A DNA stretch of 24,000 nt, from positions 300,011 to 324,010 of the forward strand of contig NZ_JBIVTO010000001.1 of assembly GCF_044756805.1 (NCBI RefSeq), read 5' to 3'. Made by a program: the position numbers and the translations under genes. Of this stretch, positions 1 through 8,410 are shown piece after piece (the first letter of the stretch is position 1; each line of letters starts with the position of its first letter). The DNA is from Paeniglutamicibacter sp. NPDC091659 (GTDB lineage Bacteria; Actinomycetota; Actinomycetes; Actinomycetales; Micrococcaceae). The notes beneath the pieces are model-generated. The model was not told the DNA's origin and searched no databases. It worked only from the letters and a program-made list of their open reading frames with translations.

Positions 1-22
1 CGCGCAAAGACTCCCGACGGAA

Positions 23-784
23 TCAGCGTGCGGCCGTTGCCTGCATCGGAACCTTGACGTCCGATCCGCCTTCGAGAGTCACCCGGTCACGCATCTGCGC
101 GAAGGTGGGGGCGTCGATGAATCCGCCGGCAAAAAGACCCTGGCCCTGAAGGAACTGTTGCGAATGGAGCAGAATCTGCTCCGGAACGAAACAGAATACC
201 TCGCCAATCTCCGCCAGATCTCGAGGGGAATTGACGCGCATGAGTCCGAGGTTGTCGCACTGTGAAAGCACGTTCGGGTGGATCTTCGTTGGACGTTGCG
301 TGGAAAGGAAAAGCCAGAGTCCAAATTTTCGTCCCTCGGCTGCGATTTGGATCAGCTGCTCGGTCAACGCACGTTCCACCGGTGTCACGGGGTTTGGCGA
401 GCAGAGGTTGTGGGCTTCATCGATGACGATCAGCACGGGCTTGCGGTCGTTGCGCGTCGCCCAGAGGTGTTCCAGCAGGCCAAGAGCTGCGACCTTGGGT
501 TCGGTGGGGTGTGTAAATCCGCCGAGATCCAGCACCGGGGCACGCGGGCGCGCGTCTATGACATCCGTGATCGACTCGCCGCCACGGGACCACAGATCCC
601 ACTTGAGTATCTGCAGGTTCTCAATGCGGGCGGGCAGCTTTTCGATGCCCGCGCCTGGGAGCGTTGGGGCTGCTGGGGCCGACTTGATCCCGGAATGTTT
701 ATCCCGGAAGGCGGGCCCCGGTGGAAATTTCGCCTGCATCGGGTGACGGGTTGGTTGGCCTTGCCGGCGGATACTTTGAGTCAC
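23..784 (-). CDS. HerA/FtsK-superfamily (DUF87-type) P-loop ATPase, C-terminal portion only; probable truncated remnant
   Basis: ORF 23..784 with a GTG start at 784. It carries the Walker-B-like VLIVIDEAHN, then EGRKFG...LSTQRP, VLSQCDN and a C-terminal TLEGGSD, as in HerA/DUF87 ATPases. No GxxGxGK[ST] Walker A occurs anywhere in the ORF. Only 91 bp separate it from a divergent membrane-protein gene, so the N-terminal half is absent. No convincing RBS. Confidence 0.6.
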   Translation of the reverse strand: MTQSIRRQGQPTRHPMQAKFPPGPAFRDKHSGIKSAPAAPTLPGAGIEKLPARIENLQILKWDLWSRGGESITDVIDARPRAPVLDLGGFTHPTEPKVAALGLLEHLWATRNDRKPVLIVIDEAHNLCSPNPVTPVERALTEQLIQIAAEGRKFGLWLFLSTQRPTKIHPNVLSQCDNLGLMRVNSPRDLAEIGEVFCFVPEQILLHSQQFLQGQGLFAGGFIDAPTFAQMRDRVTLEGGSDVKVPMQATAAR

Positions 785-875
785 AGGAACACGCTCTCAG
801 GCACGGGAATCCACTGTCGACCTGTCCGCCCTCCCGTGAGAGGATGGCTCCCAACGGAGAACAAGGTGCTGTAGC

Positions 876-1517
876 GTGATGTCTTCTGGAGAAGCGGAAC
901 CTGTTGCAAATACACCGGCCCGGGCACAGGGGGTCGTGGCCGTAGGCATGTGTGTCGCGATCTGGTGGCCGGCGTTCACCCTGGGGGCGTGGGGAAGACT
1001 CTTCTTCGAGCAAATGCTGTCGGTTTGGGCCGCTGCAACCGCGGCGCTGTTGGTCGTCGCATTCCGTCGCGGCCAAGTCCGTAGTCGCATTCCCAAAGCG
1101 GCGGCCTTGCTGGTGCCCTCCCTCTGGCTGGTTCTTGCCATTGTCGGCGAGAACGACGGAAGCCCGCTTGACGTGCTGACGGACATCCTTGGCAGTTTCG
1201 TTGCGGTCGGGGGTATCCCTGCAACGATGTGGGTGTTGGCGCGCATCGTGTGGCCGGATCTTGGCGTCGGACTGTCGCTGGCACATCGTGCCCTTGTCAT
1301 CACTTCGGTGCTTTTCATCGCCGTTGCCGCCTACTTGCTGGGTGTCAACCACGCGTCCTTTTTGACGTGTGACGATTTCTCGATCAGTGGCAATTCATTG
1401 CCCCCGGGGTGCGAACCAGAGCCGCGGGACCAGATCCTTCATCGAAAAGCGGCGCCGGCATCGGTGCTTCCGACAGGGATCGCCACCGGCCCAATGTGGA
1501 GGGAACAACATGATTGA
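876..1517 (+). CDS. integral membrane protein of unknown function (about 4 predicted TM helices)
   Basis: ORF with GTG at 876 and ATG at 879; AAGGTG lies 7 nt upstream. Four long hydrophobic stretches (VVAVGMCVAIWWPAF, VWAAATAALLVVAF, AAALLVPSLWLVLAIV, ALVITSVLFIAVAAYLLGV). The stop overlaps the next gene start by 8 nt (ATGATTGA). Confidence 0.55.
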   Translation: MMSSGEAEPVANTPARAQGVVAVGMCVAIWWPAFTLGAWGRLFFEQMLSVWAAATAALLVVAFRRGQVRSRIPKAAALLVPSLWLVLAIVGENDGSPLDVLTDILGSFVAVGGIPATMWVLARIVWPDLGVGLSLAHRALVITSVLFIAVAAYLLGVNHASFLTCDDFSISGNSLPPGCEPEPRDQILHRKAAPASVLPTGIATGPMWREQHD

Positions 1518-2718
1518 CGATCTCACCTCGCTTCTCGTGATCAGCGCCGTCGCGGTTGCCGCCCCGGCGCTTGCCCGACTGGCCGGGAAGGTCGTGCCCA
1601 TCCCCATCGTGGTGTTCGAGATCCTCTTGGGAATCGCCGTGGGACCCAGCATCCTGGGATGGGCCACCTCGAACGACCACATCGAGCTGCTGTCGGAGTT
1701 CGGTTTGGCGCTGCTGTTTTTCATGGCCGGCAACGAGATCGACTTTGCGCTCATCCAGGGGCGTCCGCTCCGCCGGGCGGCCTTCGGGTGGGTCGGCTCG
1801 CTGGTGCTGGGGGTCGGCATCGGACTTCTCCTCTTTCCGCCCATGGAAACGGGAATCATCGTGGGCATCGCGCTGACCACGACCGCGCTGGGAACCATCA
1901 TGCCGGTGCTTCGCGACGCCGGACTGCTGTCGAGCCGGTTTGGCACCTCGGCGATCGCGGTGGGGGCGGTCGGCGAGTTCGGGCCGCTTCTGGCGATCTC
2001 GCTGTTCCTCAGCGGACGCCGGCCGGCCGAAGCGCTCGTGGTGGTCATCGTGTTTGCAGCGATCACTGTCGCGGCGATCGTGCTGGCCGGGCGCCGGCGG
2101 CACGAGCGGCTGCACCGCCTGGTCACCGCCACGCTGCACACCAGCGGTCAGTTCGCCGTGCGAATCGCGCTGCTCGTCGTCGTCGCACTTGTCACCTTGA
2201 GCATCGCCATGGGACTCGACATGCTCCTGGGCGCATTCGGCGCCGGTGTGTTGTGCCGCGTCGTGCTCCGCGGGGCGAGCGATGCGGATCGGCACCTCGT
2301 CGAGTCCAAGCTCGAAGCGGTGGCCTTTGGGTTCCTCGTGCCGATCTTCTTCGTCACCACGGGAGTCACCTTCGATCTTGCCGCCCTGGTGGGTTCGAGC
2401 TCCGCGCTCCTCTTGCTGCCGGCGTTCCTCGTGGCACTCATCGTGGTCCGCGGGTTGCCGGGTTCATTCGCCGCCCCGCCCGGGGCCTCGGTGCGTCAGC
2501 GTGTCTCCCTGGGGCTCTTCAGCGCGACGGCGCTGCCCCTGATCGTGGCGGTCACGGAGATCGGGGTCGCGGAGGGTGCACTGTCGGAAGCGACGGCGGC
2601 GGCCCTCGTCGGCGCCGGCATGTTGTCGTGCCTGATCTTCCCCCTCACGGCGCTCAGCCTGTTGCCCGGCGTTTCAACCCACATCAACCCGGCGGCAAGC
2701 ACGGAGGGGGAATACTGA
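1510..2718 (+). CDS. cation:proton antiporter (CPA2/Kef-type membrane domain, no RCK/KTN domain)
   Basis: Polytopic protein beginning MIDDLTSLLVISAVAVAAPALARL...VVFEILLGIAVGPSILGW...LLFFMAGNEIDF, typical of the Na+/H+-exchanger family. GGAGGG RBS at 1497-1502. The longer track ORF from 1369 has a non-membrane, Arg-rich extension and was trimmed. Confidence 0.85.
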   Translation: MIDDLTSLLVISAVAVAAPALARLAGKVVPIPIVVFEILLGIAVGPSILGWATSNDHIELLSEFGLALLFFMAGNEIDFALIQGRPLRRAAFGWVGSLVLGVGIGLLLFPPMETGIIVGIALTTTALGTIMPVLRDAGLLSSRFGTSAIAVGAVGEFGPLLAISLFLSGRRPAEALVVVIVFAAITVAAIVLAGRRRHERLHRLVTATLHTSGQFAVRIALLVVVALVTLSIAMGLDMLLGAFGAGVLCRVVLRGASDADRHLVESKLEAVAFGFLVPIFFVTTGVTFDLAALVGSSSALLLLPAFLVALIVVRGLPGSFAAPPGASVRQRVSLGLFSATALPLIVAVTEIGVAEGALSEATAAALVGAGMLSCLIFPLTALSLLPGVSTHINPAASTEGEY

Positions 2719-2790
2719 GAGCGCCGCACGCGGGTCGGGTTCGTCCGCCGGGCGCAGGGCGGGATTCCACGCCGGCGATGCCCCCGCACA

Positions 2791-2832
2791 CGCCGACGGC
2801 GGTGCACCCCGAAAGGTGCACCGCCATCGGCG
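2791..2832. terminator. GC-rich hairpin between convergent genes (putative bidirectional intrinsic terminator)
   Basis: 2791-2808 pairs with 2815-2832: 17 bp with one mismatch (2797/2826) and loop CCGAAA. It lies between the antiporter stop (2718) and the dsdA stop (2850). No U-tract. Confidence 0.55.
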
Positions 2833-2849
2833 CGAACGGCCGCGTCAGG

Positions 2850-4223
2850 CTAGCCCCAGACAACCTCGCCGGCCAGGCGCTGGCCCTCGGCCACGTAGCC
2901 TGCCATCTCGGCCGCGGGAACCATGGAACCGCCGGTGGACCAGACGATGTGGGTGGCGTTGGCCATGCGGGCATCGTCCAGCCCGAACGCGTTGCGGTAG
3001 GTCTCGTCACCGAGGATGCGCCACGGGCCGGCGAAGCCCGCGGCGGCGGAGGGCTCGATGTCGATGTCCTCGGTGTCGTGGAGCAGTCCCTGGAAGGCCT
3101 TCATGCGCTCGTCGGTGACCGTCACGTAGCCGTCGATCAGCTGCTGCAGGTGCTCGCCGACCAGGCGCGAGGGGCGTCCCACGGCCAGGCCGTCGGCGGC
3201 GGTGAGGCCGTCGAGCCCGATGTCCTGCACGCTGATTCCGTCGTGCAGGCCGGTGCGCACGCCCAAGGACATGCACGGGGAGTGGGTCGGTTCGGCGAAC
3301 ACGCAGTGCACGGCGTCGCCGAAGGCCAGCTTGAGCCCGAAGGTCACGCCGCCCGGTCCGCCGCCCACGCCGCACGGCAGGTGCACGATCAGCGGGTGGT
3401 CCGCGTCGACGGCGATGTCCAGGGCCTTCAGCTGCCCGGCAAGCCGCGCGCCGGCGACCGAGTAGCCGGCGAAGAGCATCAGCGAGGCCTCGTCGTCGAC
3501 GAACCACACGCTCGGGTCTTCCTCGGCGGTCTTGCGCCCGGCCTCGACCGCGTCGGAGAAGTTGCCTGCGTGCTCGACGACCTCGACGCCGCGGGAGCGC
3601 AGCAGGTCCTTCTTCCAGGCGCGTGCGTCCAGGGACATGTGGACGGTGGTCTTGAATCCGAGCTCGGAGGCGACGATGCCGATCGACAGGCCCAGGTTGC
3701 CGGTGGAGCCCACGGCGATGCCGTGCTTGGAGAGCACTTCCTGGACGGCCGGGGTCATCAGCACGCGGGCGTCGTCGTCGGGGCCCATGAGGCCGGCCTC
3801 GACGGCGAGGCGCTCGGCGACCTGCAGCACCTCGTGGATGCCGCCGCGGGCCTTGATCGAGCCGCTGACCGGCAGGGAGTCGTCCCGCTTGACCCAGAGC
3901 TTGCCCGGAAGTTCCGTGCCGAAGCGCTTGCCCAGTTCCGCCTGCATGTCGGGGATGCCGACCAGCGCGGATTCGAGGATGCCGTGGGTGGCGCGGGTGT
4001 CGGCGAAGCGCTCGGCGAACCAGGGGGCGAAGCGCAGGAAGCGCGCCTGCGCGTCGGCGACGATGGTCGGGTCGATGCCCGATGCCTCGATGCCTGCTGC
4101 GGTTTCGGTGGGGGAAGCGGTGAACCAGGCGGTTTCTTCGGCACGGGCCAGGGCCGCGACCACGGGATCGGTGAGTAGCTTTTCGAGGTCGGGGGTCTGG
4201 TTCATAACTGCTGGTTTCTCCAT
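2850..4223 (-). CDS. dsdA: D-serine ammonia-lyase (D-serine dehydratase), PLP-dependent
   Basis: Matches my recollection of E. coli DsdA along its length: ETAWF, RFAPW, KRDDSLPVSGSIKARGG (PLP lysine motif), IAVGSTGNLGLSIG, HMSxDARAWKK, LPCGVGGGPGGV, FAEPTHSPCM, SVQDIGLD..TAADGLAV, VWSTGGSMVP. Start is uncertain: ATG 4223 (MEKPAVM) or ATG 4205 (MNQTPD). Confidence 0.93.
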   Translation of the reverse strand: MEKPAVMNQTPDLEKLLTDPVVAALARAEETAWFTASPTETAAGIEASGIDPTIVADAQARFLRFAPWFAERFADTRATHGILESALVGIPDMQAELGKRFGTELPGKLWVKRDDSLPVSGSIKARGGIHEVLQVAERLAVEAGLMGPDDDARVLMTPAVQEVLSKHGIAVGSTGNLGLSIGIVASELGFKTTVHMSLDARAWKKDLLRSRGVEVVEHAGNFSDAVEAGRKTAEEDPSVWFVDDEASLMLFAGYSVAGARLAGQLKALDIAVDADHPLIVHLPCGVGGGPGGVTFGLKLAFGDAVHCVFAEPTHSPCMSLGVRTGLHDGISVQDIGLDGLTAADGLAVGRPSRLVGEHLQQLIDGYVTVTDERMKAFQGLLHDTEDIDIEPSAAAGFAGPWRILGDETYRNAFGLDDARMANATHIVWSTGGSMVPAAEMAGYVAEGQRLAGEVVWG

Positions 4224-4471
4224 GCTTTCGGGTCTGTCTTGCCTCCTAATGTAGGGCAATGAATCGCTACCGGCGAGTCGGCGGTCACAGCCGCGCCCCG
4301 GGATTTGTCCATGGTGGCGCACCTGCGGGCTGTGCCAGACTTCCGGCCGTTCCGTGGTCAGAGACCTTGCAGCGGTTGTTGCGATCCGGCCGGTTCAGCC
4401 GCCCGAAACCTTGACACCTCTCGGGCCGAAGCCAAACATGTGAGTACCGGCAGCACGGAGAAGCGAGCACG

Positions 4472-4816
4472 ATGGGCAACGAAGAGGCAGTACCCGAAAC
4501 GAAAGGTGTCACGGTGGAGTTCATGGCGACCGTCGACCTCGGCCCGGAGATCGAGGGCATGGCGGGACGCCAACTGCGGATGCGCAGGGTGACCATCGAA
4601 CCCGGAGGCGTCTTCGGCCCGATTCACGACCACAAAGGCAGGCCAGGACTCGTCCACATCCTGCAAGGGACGATCACCGACCACCGCGACGGAGTCGCCA
4701 CTGACCACGGGCCGGGCGTTGGCTGGCCCGAGGACCGAAACACGCTGCACTGGCTGGAGAACCGGGGCGCGTTTCCGGCGGTGGAGGTCTCCGTCGACAT
4801 CGTCACGCAGGAGTAG
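4472..4816 (+). CDS. cupin domain protein (small monocupin)
   Basis: 114 aa with cupin motif 1 (GPIHDHKGRPGLVHILQG) and motif 2 (TLHWLEN). GGAG lies 11 nt upstream of the ATG. Confidence 0.8.
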   Translation: MGNEEAVPETKGVTVEFMATVDLGPEIEGMAGRQLRMRRVTIEPGGVFGPIHDHKGRPGLVHILQGTITDHRDGVATDHGPGVGWPEDRNTLHWLENRGAFPAVEVSVDIVTQE

Positions 4817-4852
4817 GGCCGGGCCCGGTATCTTCCTGCAAGTTCTTGCGCT

Positions 4853-6649
4853 CTAGGAACCTGCACGGCTGTAGGTCGTCACCTTGTGCCCCTGCCCGCC
4901 TTCGCGGACGACGATTCCCGAGGTCAGCAGCGGGGAGAGCGCGTAGCGGATCTGGTTTGCGGTGAGTCCGGTCTTCGCGGAAATGTCCGCGACCTCCACC
5001 GGAACGGAGCCCAGTTCCCGCAGGATCGCCGCTGCGTTCTTCGAGGTCTTCATCGGCTCGGGGGAGCGAAGCGCGGGTGCCGCCTGCGAAGCCGAGATAT
5101 CGTGTCCAACCTGCGAGCCGGCGTACAAACCGGTCGTGGGGGAGCTATCGACAGGACTTGCCGCAACCTCGACGGCTGCCGGAACCAACGCCGGGGTGAT
5201 GGCAAACGAGGCGCCCTTGCCGGTTGCGACGGCAAGACCAGCGTGGACCAGTCCCTGCAGCGAAGAGACGGCCTCGGCGGCGTCGAAGAACCCGAACTCG
5301 TCTTGGACCAGTTCGCTGTTCCACGACCGGCCGTGGTGCATCGAGACGAGCAGTTGCTTCTGGATTTCCGAAAGCCCTGCCGCGGCTGGCAACTCTCCCA
5401 GCCATTGGCGGTCCGCGGCGGTGAGCGGCGTGCCGCGCGGAATCGACGCGGTGAACCTGACGCCGTTGTCGTTGAACCCCGGGCGGCGCAGCCCGGCATC
5501 CCTGAGTGCCAACCGGACCTCGCGCAGGCCTCCACCCTCGCCCTCGACCACACGGTGCGAAGACGCAGTGCGCGTCATCTTGCAGATCTCGTACAGGAAC
5601 TCGTTGACCGAGGACTTGGCGCCGGGCCATCCCAGCTGGTCCTGGCTCAGGCCCCAGAGGCCGCCGGGGCTTGAAACCACCAGCTGGTCGCCGGTCAACC
5701 GGATCTGGACGTTCTTGCCGGTGGTGTGCGGCCCCAGGTCGCGGTGGACCAGGGCGTTGGCTATGAGCTCGCGTACGGCAACCATGGGCATTTCGGTTTC
5801 GTCCTGTCCGTGCCCGTTGGAGCCGAAACGGACCTCGGTGCGGGTGTTCCGCTGGACCCATTCGACCGCCCGGTCCAGCAGCTCGGGCAGCGGTCCGTCG
5901 AACTCGACGCGGTCGAGGTTGCGGACCTCGCCTCGGGTGGCGGGTTCGGCGACTGCGGTGATGGAGAGGTGCGGTTCGAACTGCTGCGGGTAGCGGCCCA
6001 GCGCGTACAGCCCCGCCAAGGTCAACCTGTCGCCCTGGGGTTCGATCACGCGTTTGAAGCGAAGCACTTCCTCGTCTGAGACCTCGCTCAGGCGGCGCGA
6101 CGTGGAACGCGCAACGGCGATGAAGTGGTCGCGCAGCTGGGAATCCAGGTCCGCCATCGACGTCTCGTCGACAGGACGGGTGTCGTGCCGGGGGCGTGCT
6201 CCGGCGGCCAAGAGCTGCTGGACTTCCTGTTCCGACATCCGGTACTGGCCATCGGACTGGCGGAGGTAAGCGAGGTTCCCTTGGACGGTGCGGCAGGGCC
6301 GCGCCTCCGGAGCAACTCCGGCGACCTTGGCAATGACGACGGTTTCGCCATCGAGGACCACGCGCTCAAAGGCGACCTGGACCTCGGGCACCACTGCGGT
6401 GTGGGCCTGCGATGCAACAAGGGCTTCAAGGGCGCCGGGGTCTTCGATCCCCGTCGCGGTGAACCCGTTGGCGGCATCCAGCCCGAGGACGATGTTGCCG
6501 CCTCCGGGCATGTTGCCGAAGGCGCTGAGCGTCTCCTTGAGGTCGGGGCATCCCTTGGAAGCTCCCCTGACTTCAACATCGGTGAAGTCTCCGGCGTTCG
6601 AGCGAAGTCGTGCCAAGAGGAGGTGAATACTTTCGGGAGTCCATGCCAT
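4853..6649 (-). CDS. Schlafen/AlbA_2 domain + HATPase_c_4 + C-terminal winged-HTH protein (COG2865-type putative DNA-binding regulator; often mis-annotated RecG-like)
   Basis: N-terminus: TLSAFGNMPGGGNIVLGLD...AYLRQSDGQYRMSEQEVQQL (AlbA_2 pattern). Middle: AVRELIANALVHRDL...VVSSPGGL...EGEGGGLREV (HATPase_c_4 pattern). C-terminus: AAILRELGSVPVEVADISAKTGLTANQIRYALSPLLTSGIVVRE (wHTH). Confidence 0.8.
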   Translation of the reverse strand: MAWTPESIHLLLARLRSNAGDFTDVEVRGASKGCPDLKETLSAFGNMPGGGNIVLGLDAANGFTATGIEDPGALEALVASQAHTAVVPEVQVAFERVVLDGETVVIAKVAGVAPEARPCRTVQGNLAYLRQSDGQYRMSEQEVQQLLAAGARPRHDTRPVDETSMADLDSQLRDHFIAVARSTSRRLSEVSDEEVLRFKRVIEPQGDRLTLAGLYALGRYPQQFEPHLSITAVAEPATRGEVRNLDRVEFDGPLPELLDRAVEWVQRNTRTEVRFGSNGHGQDETEMPMVAVRELIANALVHRDLGPHTTGKNVQIRLTGDQLVVSSPGGLWGLSQDQLGWPGAKSSVNEFLYEICKMTRTASSHRVVEGEGGGLREVRLALRDAGLRRPGFNDNGVRFTASIPRGTPLTAADRQWLGELPAAAGLSEIQKQLLVSMHHGRSWNSELVQDEFGFFDAAEAVSSLQGLVHAGLAVATGKGASFAITPALVPAAVEVAASPVDSSPTTGLYAGSQVGHDISASQAAPALRSPEPMKTSKNAAAILRELGSVPVEVADISAKTGLTANQIRYALSPLLTSGIVVREGGQGHKVTTYSRAGS

Positions 6650-6804
6650 GCCCCCAGCTTAGGCAGTAATGTCTAAACATTCAATATGTTGGTAACAACC
6701 TTCAAAGTTAGACGTGTGCCACATTCCGTATGTGTACATGCAGGTCAGTATGGATTTAAAGTGTTGAACAATCCGAAACGCTCGCTGTTCATCTGTCGTT
6801 CAAG

Positions 6805-6838
6805 TGGATGTTTCAAACATTAATGTTTGAAACATCCA
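6805..6838. promoter_or_regulatory. 34-bp perfect palindrome made of two adjacent 13-bp palindromic sites; probable protein-binding operator
   Basis: TGGATGTTTCAAACATTAATGTTTGAAACATCCA is its own reverse complement (checked base by base). It contains ATGTTTCAAACAT (6808-6820) and ATGTTTGAAACAT (6823-6835). Further ATGTTTG copies at 6850-6856 and 6868-6874, and AAACAT-N5-ATGTT at 6675-6690. It sits in an AT-rich gap 156 bp upstream of the 4853..6649 gene start and just downstream of the scoB stop. Confidence 0.6.
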
Positions 6839-6864
6839 TACTTCGTTCGATGTTTGCGAAGAAA

Positions 6865-7527
6865 TTAATGTTTGGATGCGGCGTCCGAGACGGCGAACTC
6901 GGCTTCGGTTTTCTCACGCAGCTCCTCGACCGTGACACCGGGTGCCATGCGCGTCAGGACGAGCCCTGGCCCGGTTCCCAAATCGGTGATATCGAAGACC
7001 GCGAGGTCGCTGATGATCTTGTTGACCACCCTGACGCCCGTCAGCGGCAGATTGCATTCGGTGAGGATCTTCGGACTGCCGTCCTTGGCCACGTGCTCGG
7101 TCAGTACGATCACGTGCGGCGTTCCCGCCACCAGGTCCATGGCACCGCCCATGCCCTTGACCATCTTGCCGGGAATGGTCCAGTTGGCCAGGTCACCGGC
7201 TCCGGAAACCTGCATGGCCCCGAGGACGGCGACCTTCACGTGGCCGCCGCGGATCATGCCGAAGGACGTGGCCGAATCGAAGACGCTGGCCCCGGGCAGC
7301 ATGGTGACGGTCTGCTTGCCGGCGTTGATCAGGTCCGCGTCCTCCTCGCCCTCGTAGGGGAACGGGCCCATGCCCAGCAGCCCGTTTTCGCTTTGCAGCA
7401 CCACGCGCACGCCCTCGGGCACGTGGTTGGCGACCAGCGTGGGGATGCCGATGCCCAGGTTGACGTAGTCCCCGTCGTTCAGTTCCATGGCCGCGATCGA
7501 CGCCATCTCGTCCCTGCTCCAGCTCAT
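6865..7527 (-). CDS. scoB: 3-oxoacid CoA-transferase subunit B (succinyl-CoA:3-ketoacid CoA-transferase beta)
   Basis: [32 protein letters not shown]...[11 protein letters not shown]...GGAMDLV is the canonical B-subunit sequence pattern including the SENG active-site region. GAAGGAG RBS upstream. Confidence 0.92.
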   Translation of the reverse strand: MSWSRDEMASIAAMELNDGDYVNLGIGIPTLVANHVPEGVRVVLQSENGLLGMGPFPYEGEEDADLINAGKQTVTMLPGASVFDSATSFGMIRGGHVKVAVLGAMQVSGAGDLANWTIPGKMVKGMGGAMDLVAGTPHVIVLTEHVAKDGSPKILTECNLPLTGVRVVNKIISDLAVFDITDLGTGPGLVLTRMAPGVTVEELREKTEAEFAVSDAASKH

Positions 7528-7580
7528 GGGGAACGCTCCTTCTTTCCGTGATTGCTTGCTCGAAGTTGCTTGTCGTGAAA

Positions 7581-8306
7581 TCAGTTGGCTGCGGGGCGGG
7601 GGCGGACGGTGCGTTGTTCGATGTCCTTGACCTTGTCGATGGCCTGCACCAGCCGCTGCACGTAGACGCCCGGGGTGATGACGTGGTTGGGGTCGATGCC
7701 GCCAAGGGGGACGATGACCTCCGCCTCCGCGATGGTGACCTTCCCGGCGGTGGCGACGACCGGGTTGAAGTTCCGCGCGGTGTGCCGGTAAACCAGGTTT
7801 CCGTCGGTGTCGGAGGTGTGGGCGTGGACCAGGGCCAGGTCCGCGACGATGCCGCGCTCGCGCACATAGAGTTCGCCGTCGAATTCCTCGAGGGGCTTGC
7901 CCTCGGCGACCAGGGTGCCCACTCCGGTCTTGGTGTAGAAAGCAGGGATGCCGGCGCCCCCGGCGCGGAGCCGTTCGGCGAGGGTGCCCTGCGGGACGAA
8001 CTCGACCTCGAGCTCGCCGGAGAGATACTGCGCAGCGAAGGCCTTGTTTTCGCCCACGTAGGAGGCCAGCACCTTGCGGACCTGGCCGGAGTCGATGAGC
8101 ACCCCGAGTCCCTTGCCGTCGACACCCATGTTGTTGGAGACGATGGTCAGGTCCCGGACCCCGGAGTCCCGGACCGCGTTGATCAGGTCGACGGGAATGC
8201 CGCTGAGCCCGAAGCCGCCGACGGCGATGGTGATGCCGTCGGCCAGGACGTCAGCCAGGGCTTCGGTCGCGTTGCCGTGGACTTTTCCGTGTGGTGACGG
8301 TTGCAT
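7581..8306 (-). CDS. scoA: 3-oxoacid CoA-transferase subunit A
   Basis: [16 protein letters not shown]..., [34 protein letters not shown] and DTDGNLVYR are A-subunit patterns. Start set at ATG 8306 (MQPSPHGKV), which has a GAGGAAG RBS. The track ORF extension to 8366 lacks an RBS. Confidence 0.9.
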   Translation of the reverse strand: MQPSPHGKVHGNATEALADVLADGITIAVGGFGLSGIPVDLINAVRDSGVRDLTIVSNNMGVDGKGLGVLIDSGQVRKVLASYVGENKAFAAQYLSGELEVEFVPQGTLAERLRAGGAGIPAFYTKTGVGTLVAEGKPLEEFDGELYVRERGIVADLALVHAHTSDTDGNLVYRHTARNFNPVVATAGKVTIAEAEVIVPLGGIDPNHVITPGVYVQRLVQAIDKVKDIEQRTVRPRPAAN

Positions 8307-8410
8307 GTGCACTTCCTCGGAGTTCTCTCGCTGGGTGGTTGGGGGCCGGGACGGGGCCGTCGACATGGCCGGTGTCCGAGGGGATCTTGGCGTGCCCCGT
8401 GGTGCCGGCC

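Noticed and set aside
1369-1509. N-terminal extensions offered by the ORF track: 1369 for the antiporter, and likewise 4322 dsdA, 8366 scoA, 8964 SHOCT, 13866 carboxyltransferase, 14435 TetR, 15456 NRAMP-like, 18577 YoaK
   Set aside because: In each case an internal start has a good Shine-Dalgarno sequence and restores the family-typical N-terminus. The extension is Arg/Pro-rich, overlaps the upstream gene, or covers a palindromic operator.
1659-4178. 839-aa plus-strand ORF spanning the antiporter and running antisense to dsdA
   Set aside because: Its translation is low-complexity and Arg/Gly/Ala/His-rich with no recognisable motifs. It overlaps two genes with clear family matches. Long spurious ORFs are expected in stop-codon-poor GC-rich DNA.
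4224-4471. Imperfect inverted repeat CACAGCCGC...GCGGGCTGTG and direct repeat TCCGGCCG(G)TT in the dsdA-cupin divergent region as regulator sites
   Set aside because: They are imperfect and short, and no adjacent regulator gene (no dsdC-like LysR) gives them context. Not distinguishable from chance.
4817-4852. CCGGGCCCGG palindrome (4819-4828) between the convergent cupin and Schlafen-like genes as a terminator
   Set aside because: Only 10 bp with no loop. It is too short to call and typical of chance palindromes in GC-rich DNA.
6805-6838. Reading the 34-bp palindrome simply as the scoB intrinsic terminator, or as a known metalloregulator (Zur/Fur/IdeR) or LexA box
   Set aside because: The stem would be almost entirely A/T with no unpaired loop and no following T-tract on the minus strand, so it is a weak terminator. 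The sequence does not match the consensus boxes I know for Zur, Fur, IdeR/DtxR, LexA, ArgR or NrdR. A terminator contribution cannot be fully excluded.
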